Shown here: one piece after another, positions 56,280 to 64,000 of the stretch
Numbering within the stretch: position 1 is the first letter of the stretch
Layout of the letters: every line of letters starts with the position of its first letter
Origin: Calditrichales bacterium
GTDB taxonomy: Bacteria; Calditrichota; Calditrichia; Calditrichales; J004
Direction: 5' to 3'
Assembly: GCA_965267575.1 (NCBI GenBank)
Contig: OZ254086.1
Location: 2,592,001-2,656,000, forward strand
Length of the DNA: 64,000 bases
Made by a program: the position numbers and the translations under genes
Notes under the pieces: generated by a model
Databases searched by the model: none
What the model was told of the DNA's origin: nothing
The model's input: the letters and a program-made list of their open reading frames with translations, nothing else

Positions 56280-56837
56280 TCAGGATTTGGACTCAATTTG
56301 TTTGATTTTGTCGCGGAGGTTGGCGGCCTTCTCGTATTCTTCGTTTTCTACGGCTTTTTTTAATTGTTCCTTAAGACGATCCAGCTCTGCATTTCTGGAT
56401 TTGAAGATATAGCTGCGGTTGGTAATTTCTTCCTTTTCTTCCGCAATGTAGGCGGCCTGTTCCATGACCGTTTCGTTGACAAAAATCGGCGTCGCGTTGC
56501 GCACCGCCAGGGCAATTGCATCACTGGGGCGCGAATCAATTTCCAGTATCTCTTCGCCCTTTGTTTTTAAACGAATAATGGCAAAGAATGTATTTTCCTT
56601 TAAATCGGTTATAACAATACTTTCGATATGAATGCCGGCGCTTTCCAGCATGCTGCTTGTAAGATCGTGTGTAATCGGCCGGGGAGGTTTAATGTTCTCA
56701 AGACCTAAGGCAATAGACTGAGCTTCGTATTCACCGATAATGATCGGCAACGTACGTTCACCGTCACGTTCTTTAAGCAATATGCCGCTTGATTGTGTCT
56801 GGGTAAGAAAAACGCCATTTACATTTACTTCGATCAT
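56280..56837 (-). CDS. Bifunctional nuclease (DUF151) with UVR motif
   Basis: LPIIIGEYEAQSI, RPITHDL, DSRPSDAIALA, EEYEKAANLRD. Confidence 0.93.
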   Translation of the reverse strand: MIEVNVNGVFLTQTQSSGILLKERDGERTLPIIIGEYEAQSIALGLENIKPPRPITHDLTSSMLESAGIHIESIVITDLKENTFFAIIRLKTKGEEILEIDSRPSDAIALAVRNATPIFVNETVMEQAAYIAEEKEEITNRSYIFKSRNAELDRLKEQLKKAVENEEYEKAANLRDKIKQIESKS

Positions 56838-57104
56838 AAAAATTTATCTCCGGAATTCTATCGGGCCAAGACCGGCAACCGTCCTTTTTAGAATTCCAAT
56901 TTTGCAGTTTTTTCGGGCCAAAATCCTTGATTTTAGCGCATATGTCAGCCATTTCTCGGTCAATATGAAAAAAGGTTAACAAAATTGTAATGAAAGTCAA
57001 TTCTTTTCTTGCAAATTGCGTAAAAACTTAATGTTAAATAAATTTATCAGCTTTGACCGCTAGCACGTTTAACGGCTAATGGCAACCATGGTTCAGGAGG
57101 AAAA

Positions 57105-58469
57105 ATGATTAATCCATATATATTCAGGGAGTATGATATTCGCGGTGTTGTGGACAAAGACCTGGATAATGAAAGTGTGTACCTGCTGGGAAAAGCGTAC
57201 GGGACTTTTTTTCAGAATTATACCTGTCAAAGGGTGAGCGTCGGTGGAGATGTCAGGTTATCTACAGAGCGTTTGCGTGGCGTTCTGATAAACGGCCTCC
57301 GCGACAGCGGTGTGGATGTTGTTGATATTGGAGCTGTACCTACGCCCGTCCAATACTTCAGCATGCATTATCTGGATGTTGATGCCGGGGTTATGATCAC
57401 CGGAAGTCACAACCCACCAGAGTTTAACGGCTTCAAGTTAACGATGCACAACAAGCCCGTTTTTGGCGAAGATATCCAGGAAATACGGCGCATCATTGAG
57501 GAAGAGCGCTTTTTGGAAGGTCATGGTGCACTGGAAAACGCCTCCGTTACGGAAGCCTACATGGATGAAATCGCCGGGAAAGTGCGAATAAAAAACCCAT
57601 TAAAGGTGGTGTTGGATTCCGGCAATGGTGCGGCCTCCCTTGTTGCCCACAAGCTCTTTCGCATGCTCGGCGTCAAAACAATCGATCTTTTTGACGAACC
57701 TGACGGGAACTTCCCCAACCATCATCCCGATCCAACAGTTCCGGACAATATTAAAACGTTGATCGAAACGGTCATTAATGAAAAAGCCGATTTTGGCGTG
57801 GGGTATGACGGCGATGGCGACCGCATCGGCGTGGTGGATGAAAAGGGTGATATCGTCTGGGGTGACCGGCTGATGATCGTCTTTAGCCGCGAGATTTTAA
57901 AGGAAAGGCCGGGTGCGCCCATTTTGTTTGAGGTTAAATGCAGCCAGGCGCTGGTGGAGATGATTGAGCGTTTTGGCGGTGAACCGGTGATGTGGAAGAC
58001 CGGCCATTCCAACCTGAAGATGAAGATGAAAGAGAAAAACGCGCCCCTGGCCGGGGAGATGAGCGGCCATTTGTTTTTTGCCGACCGCTATTATGGCTAT
58101 GATGACGCCATTTATGCCTCCGCGCGCCTGGCGGAATTGCTGGCGGCAAAGCCGGGTACGAGGATGTCGCAGCTTCTGGACGACGTGCCGACATATTACT
58201 CCACCCCGGAAATCCGCGTGGATGTTAAAGATGACAAAGAAAAGTTTACCATCGCTCAAAAGGCCCGCGACTATTTCTCTGAAAACTATGATGTGATTGA
58301 CGTGGACGGCGTGCGCATTCAGTTTGAAGACGGCTGGGGCCTGGTGCGCGCCAGCAACACGCAGCCTGTGCTGGTTTTACGCTTTGAAGCTACCACGGAA
58401 CGTCGGCTGGAAGAGATCAAGAAGCTTGTAATTGAGCAGTTGCGCCGCTTTGGCGAGATATCGCTTTGA
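57105..58469 (+). CDS. Phosphomannomutase/phosphoglucomutase (AlgC-like)
   Basis: FREYDIRG, TGSHNP, DGDGDR, GEMSGH, RASNT. Confidence 0.95.
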   Translation: MINPYIFREYDIRGVVDKDLDNESVYLLGKAYGTFFQNYTCQRVSVGGDVRLSTERLRGVLINGLRDSGVDVVDIGAVPTPVQYFSMHYLDVDAGVMITGSHNPPEFNGFKLTMHNKPVFGEDIQEIRRIIEEERFLEGHGALENASVTEAYMDEIAGKVRIKNPLKVVLDSGNGAASLVAHKLFRMLGVKTIDLFDEPDGNFPNHHPDPTVPDNIKTLIETVINEKADFGVGYDGDGDRIGVVDEKGDIVWGDRLMIVFSREILKERPGAPILFEVKCSQALVEMIERFGGEPVMWKTGHSNLKMKMKEKNAPLAGEMSGHLFFADRYYGYDDAIYASARLAELLAAKPGTRMSQLLDDVPTYYSTPEIRVDVKDDKEKFTIAQKARDYFSENYDVIDVDGVRIQFEDGWGLVRASNTQPVLVLRFEATTERRLEEIKKLVIEQLRRFGEISL

Positions 58470-59188
58470 TGCGCCGGCCACGCCTGCCGCGATTATGGCA
58501 GGGATTTATCGCGCCGTTTTTTGATATTGATAATTTTTACCGCGAACTGGATGAATTTATTGCCGGTTATGATACAATCCTGCCCGGCCCTGAACGCATA
58601 TTCCACGTTTTTGATTACATGGCGCCACAGCAGGTGCGCTGTGTTTTATATGGAGAAGACCCGTATCCCCGCGCGACATCGGCCTGCGGCGTGGCCTTCT
58701 GGGATCTGGAAATTAGAAAATGGACGGACAAGACCAGCGGCAATTCGATGAAGAATATCCTTAAGGCTTTGCTTACAGCGCGCGGCCTGGCCGACTATAA
58801 AACGCCCATCGCCGAGTGCCGCCTTATTGCAGAGCAGGCCGCCTTCCCCGAACCATATGACCTGTTTAAACACTGGCTCAACAACGGGGTTCTGCTGGTT
58901 AACAGCGCTATGATATTTACCGCTCCGGCTGATAAAAAGCGTCACTTCCAATTTTGGAAGCCATTCCATATCGCGCTGATCGCGGCTTTGGAAAATCGCA
59001 CAATGGACGCTCCACATTATATATTATGGGGCCGAAAGGCGCAGCAGTGGGAAGAATTTATCCGAGCCAGGAAAAATATAATCCGCCAGGGTCATCCGAC
59101 GTTTATCCATCAGTTTATGGATCCCGCTAAACCCGATTGGTCTCCTTTTGATGAGATTGAGAGGCGCACGGCGTTGCGCTGGTCCTGA
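58469..59188 (+). CDS. Uracil-DNA glycosylase, family-1-like with variant motifs
   Basis: GEDPYP..SACGVAF, GVLLVN, LWG..AQ, GHPTF; TGATG overlap with the upstream gene. Confidence 0.75.
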   Translation: MRRPRLPRLWQGFIAPFFDIDNFYRELDEFIAGYDTILPGPERIFHVFDYMAPQQVRCVLYGEDPYPRATSACGVAFWDLEIRKWTDKTSGNSMKNILKALLTARGLADYKTPIAECRLIAEQAAFPEPYDLFKHWLNNGVLLVNSAMIFTAPADKKRHFQFWKPFHIALIAALENRTMDAPHYILWGRKAQQWEEFIRARKNIIRQGHPTFIHQFMDPAKPDWSPFDEIERRTALRWS

Positions 59189-59259
59189 TGGCCGGGCCGT
59201 TTGACCTGACTTTTGTGTCTGTGTATTTTTAAGATTCAATTTTAAACAAAGGAGTTGCC

Positions 59260-60312
59260 ATGGATCCCCGAAAAAAAGAATTGCTCAAAAAGCGCATTGA
59301 ACATATTGATATTACCCGCCACAATACCGTTGACATGGTTGAGGCCATGGGTAATATGGCTTTCCAGGCGCGTAATATTTACCGGGCGTCAAAGATTTTC
59401 GATATGATGCTGAAGGACAAGGAGTGCGTGGTTTTTCTTACTATCGCCGGGTCACTTATAAGCGCCGGGTTGAAAAAGGCGGTCAGCACGCTGGTACAGA
59501 ATAATATGGTGGATGCTATTGTGGCCACCGGCGCCAATATTGTGGACCAGGATTTCTTCGAAGCACTGGGCTTTTACCATTATGAAGGATCGCAGTTTTC
59601 CGATGACAACGCCCTGCGCCAGATGATGATCGACCGCATCTATGACACCTACATCGACGAGGAAGATTTGCGTATCTGCGATGATACGATCGCCCAAATA
59701 TGTGAAGAGCTTGAAAAACGCCCTTACACATCCCGCGAATTCATTTATGAAATGGGTCGCTACCTGGAGCGCAACGATAAATACGCGGAATCACGCAAGG
59801 ATTCGATTGTTTTCAACAGCTACAAAAACGGCGTACCGATCTTTGTGCCCGCTTTCAGCGATTGTTCCGCCGGCTTTGGTTTGGTGCATCATCAGTATCA
59901 TACACAAGGCCCCAAAGTGACGTTGGATTCTGCCGGCGATTTTCTTGAGATCACAAAAATCAAACTGGCACATCCCGATAGCGGCATCCTGATGCTGGGT
60001 GGTGGGGTACCCAAAAACTTCGTGCAGGACATTGTCGTGGCGACTGAAATCCTGGAGCAAGACGCGCCGATGCACAAATATGCTGTTCAGATCACGGTTG
60101 CCGATGAGCGCGATGGAGGTCTTTCCGGTTCCACGCTGAAAGAAGCCTGCTCCTGGGGCAAAGTCGACATCGTAAATGAACAAATGGTCTGGTCTGAAGC
60201 TACCGTCGCTTTTCCGCTTATCGCCGGCTATGGCTATCACAAAGGCAGCTGGAAAGAGCGCAAGGCCAAGCGTCTTAATGACATCTTTAAAATGGAAAGT
60301 GTGAACAGCTAA
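59260..60312 (+). CDS. Deoxyhypusine synthase-like protein (polyamine synthesis)
   Basis: VATGAN, DRIYDTYI, GGGVPKNF, DGGLSGSTLKEACSWGKV. Confidence 0.92.
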   Translation: MDPRKKELLKKRIEHIDITRHNTVDMVEAMGNMAFQARNIYRASKIFDMMLKDKECVVFLTIAGSLISAGLKKAVSTLVQNNMVDAIVATGANIVDQDFFEALGFYHYEGSQFSDDNALRQMMIDRIYDTYIDEEDLRICDDTIAQICEELEKRPYTSREFIYEMGRYLERNDKYAESRKDSIVFNSYKNGVPIFVPAFSDCSAGFGLVHHQYHTQGPKVTLDSAGDFLEITKIKLAHPDSGILMLGGGVPKNFVQDIVVATEILEQDAPMHKYAVQITVADERDGGLSGSTLKEACSWGKVDIVNEQMVWSEATVAFPLIAGYGYHKGSWKERKAKRLNDIFKMESVNS

Positions 60313-61274
60313 TGATCATAGTTACCGGGGCCGCCGGGTTTATTGGAAGCTGCGTGGTATCGCGGCTTAACAGGGAAGGTATTAACAATATTATTGCCGT
60401 GGACGTATTGCGCCACAACGATAAATGGATGAACCTGCGCCTCCTGGCCTTTGAAGATTACTGGGACCGGGCGATGCTTCCGGAAAAATTACCCACGCTG
60501 GGCAAGGTGGATGCCATCATCCATATCGGGGCCTGCAGCGCCACCACCGAGCGTGACAGCAGCTACCTGATGGAAAACAATTACCGTTACACGCTGAACC
60601 TGGCCCGTTTTGCCCTGGAAAACAACGTGCGTTTTATCTATGCCAGCAGCGCGGCCACCTACGGCGCCGGTGAACATGGCTACAATGATAACGAAGATGA
60701 GATCGAACAACTGCGGCCATTGAATATGTACGGCTACTCCAAACAGCTTTTTGATCTGAAGGCCAAGCGCGAAGGCTGGCTCAACTCCATTGTCGGGCTT
60801 AAGTTTTTTAACGTCTATGGGCCCAACGAATACCACAAGGGCGATATGTCTTCGGTGGTCTTCAAAGCTTTCAATCAAATCAAAGAGCAAGGCTTTGTTA
60901 AGCTTTTCCGCTCGCACCGCCATGACTACAAAGATGGCGAGCAGCTGCGTGATTTTGTCTATGTGAAGGATGTGCTGGACGTGATCTGGTTTTTCCTGAA
61001 CAACAAAGATAAAAACGGACTGTACAACTGCGGCAGCGGCACGGCGCGAAGCTTTAAAGACCTGGTAACGGCCACCTTCAAGGCCATGGAGTTGGAGCCG
61101 CGCATCGAGTACATCGATATGCCGCAAGAGCTGCGTGAGAAATACCAGTATTTTACAGAAGCGGACATGGGCAAATTGCAAAGCGCCGGCTTCCGCCAAA
61201 AGAGCACTTCGCTGGAGGAGGGCATCGGCGATTATGTGCGCAGCTACCTCATGAAGGATTTTGCCTGCTATTAA
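60312..61274 (+). CDS. rfaD: ADP-L-glycero-D-manno-heptose 6-epimerase
   Basis: GAAGFIG, GACSATTE, YASSAATYG, PLNMYGYSK, FNVYGPNEYHKG, YQYFTEA. Confidence 0.95.
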   Translation: MIIVTGAAGFIGSCVVSRLNREGINNIIAVDVLRHNDKWMNLRLLAFEDYWDRAMLPEKLPTLGKVDAIIHIGACSATTERDSSYLMENNYRYTLNLARFALENNVRFIYASSAATYGAGEHGYNDNEDEIEQLRPLNMYGYSKQLFDLKAKREGWLNSIVGLKFFNVYGPNEYHKGDMSSVVFKAFNQIKEQGFVKLFRSHRHDYKDGEQLRDFVYVKDVLDVIWFFLNNKDKNGLYNCGSGTARSFKDLVTATFKAMELEPRIEYIDMPQELREKYQYFTEADMGKLQSAGFRQKSTSLEEGIGDYVRSYLMKDFACY

Positions 61275-61324
61275 AATGTGAGAGACATTGAATTAGCCGC
61301 AAGAATGGACCGATGATTGAACTC

Positions 61325-61478
61325 AGCATCGGAGATGCGACCCGTCATAGAATACCCCAGACAATGATATACAATTAAGCAGCATCGCTGCGACCATTTT
61401 GTCGGCCCGGTTCGCCCTGACAGGGCTTTTTGGGGTGGGGCGGATCGTTGTGCTATGACGGGTCGGCCCTCAGGGCCT
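61325..61478. repeat. Palindrome-rich REP-like segment
   Basis: GACCCGTCATAG 61339-61350 inverted at 61453-61464; hairpins GCATCGGAGATGC, GCCCTGACAGGGC, GGCCCTCAGGGCC. Confidence 0.5.
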
Positions 61479-61502
61479 GTCTAATGGCAACACTGGCAAC
61501 GG

Positions 61503-61688
61503 AAGCCGATAAATCGGTTAGTAGAATGGCGCTGCATATAGCACCCCACGACTAAATGTCGTGGGTTAATGTTGCCTTTGGTCGTATTGTTACAGATAAC
61601 AGCGATTTGCCAGGGCGTAATGTTAACCCATGACTTCAGTCATGGGATTTGAGAAGGTACAGAAATCGGCCAACCGATTTATCGGTTT
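61503..61688. repeat. REPIN/MITE-like nested palindrome element, copy 2
   Basis: AAGCCGATAAATCGGTT, CCCACGACTAAATGTCGTGGGTTAA, then inverted TTAACCCATGACTTCAGTCATGGG and AACCGATTTATCGGTTT. Confidence 0.75.
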
Positions 61689-61700
61689 CCCTGTTAAAAC

Positions 61701-61739
61701 AAAAAAAGCCCGCCGGTAACCCGGCGGGCTTTTCTTTTT
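61701..61739. terminator. Bidirectional intrinsic terminator
   Basis: A7-GCCCGCCGG-TAAC-CCGGCGGGC-TTTT. Confidence 0.9.
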
Positions 61740-61753
61740 CTCAAGCGGAAATT

Positions 61754-62041
61754 TTACAAACCAAAACGGTCATAATTTTTCTTGATAAAAGCTTCCTGGT
61801 CTTCAGGAACTTCTTCTTCGGGGAAAATGGCCTCAACGGGGCACTCCGGTTCGCAGGCACCGCAATCGATGCACTCTTCGGGGTGGATGTACAACATTTG
61901 ATTATCAGTGCGCATTTTTGCTTTTCCCTCTTCATCTTCAAAGCTGTAACCCTCAGGCGGGTAGAAGCAATCAACCGGGCACACTTCCACGCAGGAAGTA
62001 TCGCATACGCCCACGCAAGGTTCGGTAATGATATAGGCCAT
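61754..62041 (-). CDS. Dicluster (7Fe-type) ferredoxin
   Basis: ITEPC...CVEVCPVDC and [21 protein letters not shown]. Confidence 0.92.
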   Translation of the reverse strand: MAYIITEPCVGVCDTSCVEVCPVDCFYPPEGYSFEDEEGKAKMRTDNQMLYIHPEECIDCGACEPECPVEAIFPEEEVPEDQEAFIKKNYDRFGL

Positions 62042-62212
62042 TTATAAAACTCCTTTCAAAATACGTGCAATTTCTTCCATAAACAGACTGAAAAGATTAA
62101 AACAAATTAGTTAATAATTCAAGATTAGTTACAATAAAACCCAGGCTGTGAGGTTGCTTATTATGCTCAAAATCGGCACATTCTGCATCATCAAAAGCGG
62201 AGCTCAGTTGCC

Positions 62213-63958
62213 TTGGTGAAGTTGTCAGCAACATTTCCTAATATAACATTTTTTTTGGCGCAGATTCTATTTTTTCCCGCGCTGTTTCTGGCCCAAACGG
62301 CTGTAGACAAAACAGATGAACCGTTTTCCCTGCAGGAACGCTTTTTTTACCCCTACACCGGCATTGCCGAAATAATCGATGCAAGAGAGCCGGGCGTTGA
62401 ACTGTTTGATTTTCTGGAAATGGGCCAGCCGCGATTTGTTTCTTTTCGCAACCTTTTTCCGTGGCAAACGCGCTTTGTGCTTGATAATATGCCGATGAAT
62501 GATCCGCTTAGCGGGATGTATAACAGCCGCTTTGTAAGCACGGATCAATCATTGGCGATTGAGCCATCGCCAACCGCACGTGAATTCCGCCTCTCCAGCC
62601 GCCACCACTCCAAAGGTGAAGAGCCCTATACCCAGCTAAAATTCCTGGAAGGCGATTTTGGCTATTTTGATCTGGACCTGTTTTTTGCCCGCCCATTGAC
62701 CAAGCGCAGCTCATTTGTGCTGGCCGGTTACAACCGCGGATATGACGGCTGGACCTTTGTAAACGCCGGGCACAGTGGATTCAACTACCGCGCTGAGGCG
62801 GACTACCGCATGAGCGACGAGGTGACAATGCGCGCCGGGTGGGTCTTTAACCGTCACCGCACGGGGATGCAGAATTTTAGCTTTTACGAAGATTACAGTT
62901 ACGACGAACGCCAGAACCGCTTTTTTGTCAGTGCCTGGTTCGCCGATTCCTCCATCTATCTTCCGCGGAGAATTGACCTGTTTATTCGCCACACGCGACG
63001 CACCTTCGATTCGCGCAGTGACCAGTTTTTCGTGCGCGAGCGCTACGACCAGGTGATGCTGGTGGCGGAGAAATCGCTCCCGCTACTGGGCGGTGAAATG
63101 TCTGGCCGCGCGGAATTGCAGGCTTTGCGTTATTGGGGCACGGTGTTCGACGGTATCTATGGAGAAACGGCGGGACAGCTGGAGTTAAGGGCTGACAGCT
63201 TGCTTGGGCTGCCCCTGGAGTTTTCCGCCACGCCAAAATATCACGGCGATAATATGGGATTTGACGCAGGTTTTGCCGCCCGTTTGAAGTATGGTCGCTC
63301 GCAGCTTCGGCTTGGCCTGGAGCGCAGCGCGCGATTGCCCTATGCCATGGAACGTTTTTATAATTACCCGGGAATCAGTGGCAGCCGTCTGCTTAATAAC
63401 GAAATTATGCGCCATGCCTACGCCCGCTGGCAAAGCGACAGCGCCGCAGTTGTGCGCTGGGTCCTGCAGGGAGGATTTCGACAGCTCGATGATGAAATCG
63501 TTTTTAACGACGGTGTTTTTGTAAACGGCCTTCAGCGCGATTGGAGTTACCTGAATGCCGGCGCCACGCTTCAATTGTGGATGCTGCGCTGGCAAAACCG
63601 GGTTGAGTATATCCCCGGCGACGAACATTTGCTTAGTCCGCTGGTGCTGGCTACGACACTCAGTTACCACGACCGCTGGTTTGACACGGTAGATTTAATC
63701 GCCACGGGCAGCCTCTCCTGGTATGACGGTTTCCGCCGGTTGAGTTACAATCCCATAATACAGCGCTTTTTTGCCGGGGGCGGCACGGAACAAGAAGCGT
63801 TTTATGTCGCCTCCTTTAAGGCCGGTATTATCGTAAAAGACGCCTATTTGTTTTTCGAAATGACAAACCCGGTCAGCACAACCTATTCATTTGTGCAAGG
63901 TTATTTTGACCAGTTTCGGCGTATTCGTTTTGGCGTAAATTGGGAATTTTGGAATTAG
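62213..63958 (+). CDS. Outer-membrane beta-barrel protein (putative porin / TonB-receptor-like); start uncertain
   Basis: Plug-like VLDNMPMNDP, alternating aromatic strands, C-terminal FGVNWEFWN. Confidence 0.65.
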   Translation: MVKLSATFPNITFFLAQILFFPALFLAQTAVDKTDEPFSLQERFFYPYTGIAEIIDAREPGVELFDFLEMGQPRFVSFRNLFPWQTRFVLDNMPMNDPLSGMYNSRFVSTDQSLAIEPSPTAREFRLSSRHHSKGEEPYTQLKFLEGDFGYFDLDLFFARPLTKRSSFVLAGYNRGYDGWTFVNAGHSGFNYRAEADYRMSDEVTMRAGWVFNRHRTGMQNFSFYEDYSYDERQNRFFVSAWFADSSIYLPRRIDLFIRHTRRTFDSRSDQFFVRERYDQVMLVAEKSLPLLGGEMSGRAELQALRYWGTVFDGIYGETAGQLELRADSLLGLPLEFSATPKYHGDNMGFDAGFAARLKYGRSQLRLGLERSARLPYAMERFYNYPGISGSRLLNNEIMRHAYARWQSDSAAVVRWVLQGGFRQLDDEIVFNDGVFVNGLQRDWSYLNAGATLQLWMLRWQNRVEYIPGDEHLLSPLVLATTLSYHDRWFDTVDLIATGSLSWYDGFRRLSYNPIIQRFFAGGGTEQEAFYVASFKAGIIVKDAYLFFEMTNPVSTTYSFVQGYFDQFRRIRFGVNWEFWN

Positions 63959-63969
63959 GAGATCGCACT

Positions 63970-64000
63970 ATGATCACTGAACGTATTTCCGCATTGCGAG
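63970..64000 (+). CDS. Start of a CDS truncated by the window edge (MITERISALR...)
   Basis: AGGAG RBS, then ATG at 63970 with an open frame to the end. Confidence 0.5.
   Translation, partial: MITERISALR

Overview
Gene-dense, mostly core/envelope region of a Gram-negative bacterium. Secreted proteins with an NYPNPFNP/FlgD-type C-terminus, DUF5916/DUF6588-like barrels and hldD suggest a Calditrichota-like or FCB-allied lineage (inference). In order: (1) a tightly spaced signalling operon (TPR protein, Ser/Thr kinase-STAND ATPase-TPR, sensor-less His kinase, Zn-ribbon-TPR, Zn-ribbon-FHA, a five-gene peptide ABC importer, and a sigma-54 activator with no N-terminal regulatory domain), followed by two TGTTG-N8-CGACA boxes and a -24/-12 promoter in front of an outer-membrane protein; (2) envelope proteins, an Ada-like methyltransferase, and an epsilon-Hao-like octaheme cytochrome with an internally duplicated membrane partner; (3) a 16 kb hybrid transporter operon (ABC ATPase, ABC permease with large periplasmic domain, TolC, MFP, RND, RND fused to a split ABC ATPase, ABC permease) interrupted by a 144-bp REP-doublet tandem array; (4) msrPQ, a multidomain Amidase_3 lipoprotein, a Kef-type antiporter, ffs-dnaX-ybaB-recR with an A10 slippage site in dnaX, PMM/PGM, a variant UNG, a DHS-like enzyme, hldD, ferredoxin and a barrel. 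Several REP/MITE-like palindrome families and degenerate octamer repeats lie in intergenic gaps. No CRISPR, rRNA, tRNA or transposase was recognised. All calls come from reading motifs by eye; no searches were run.
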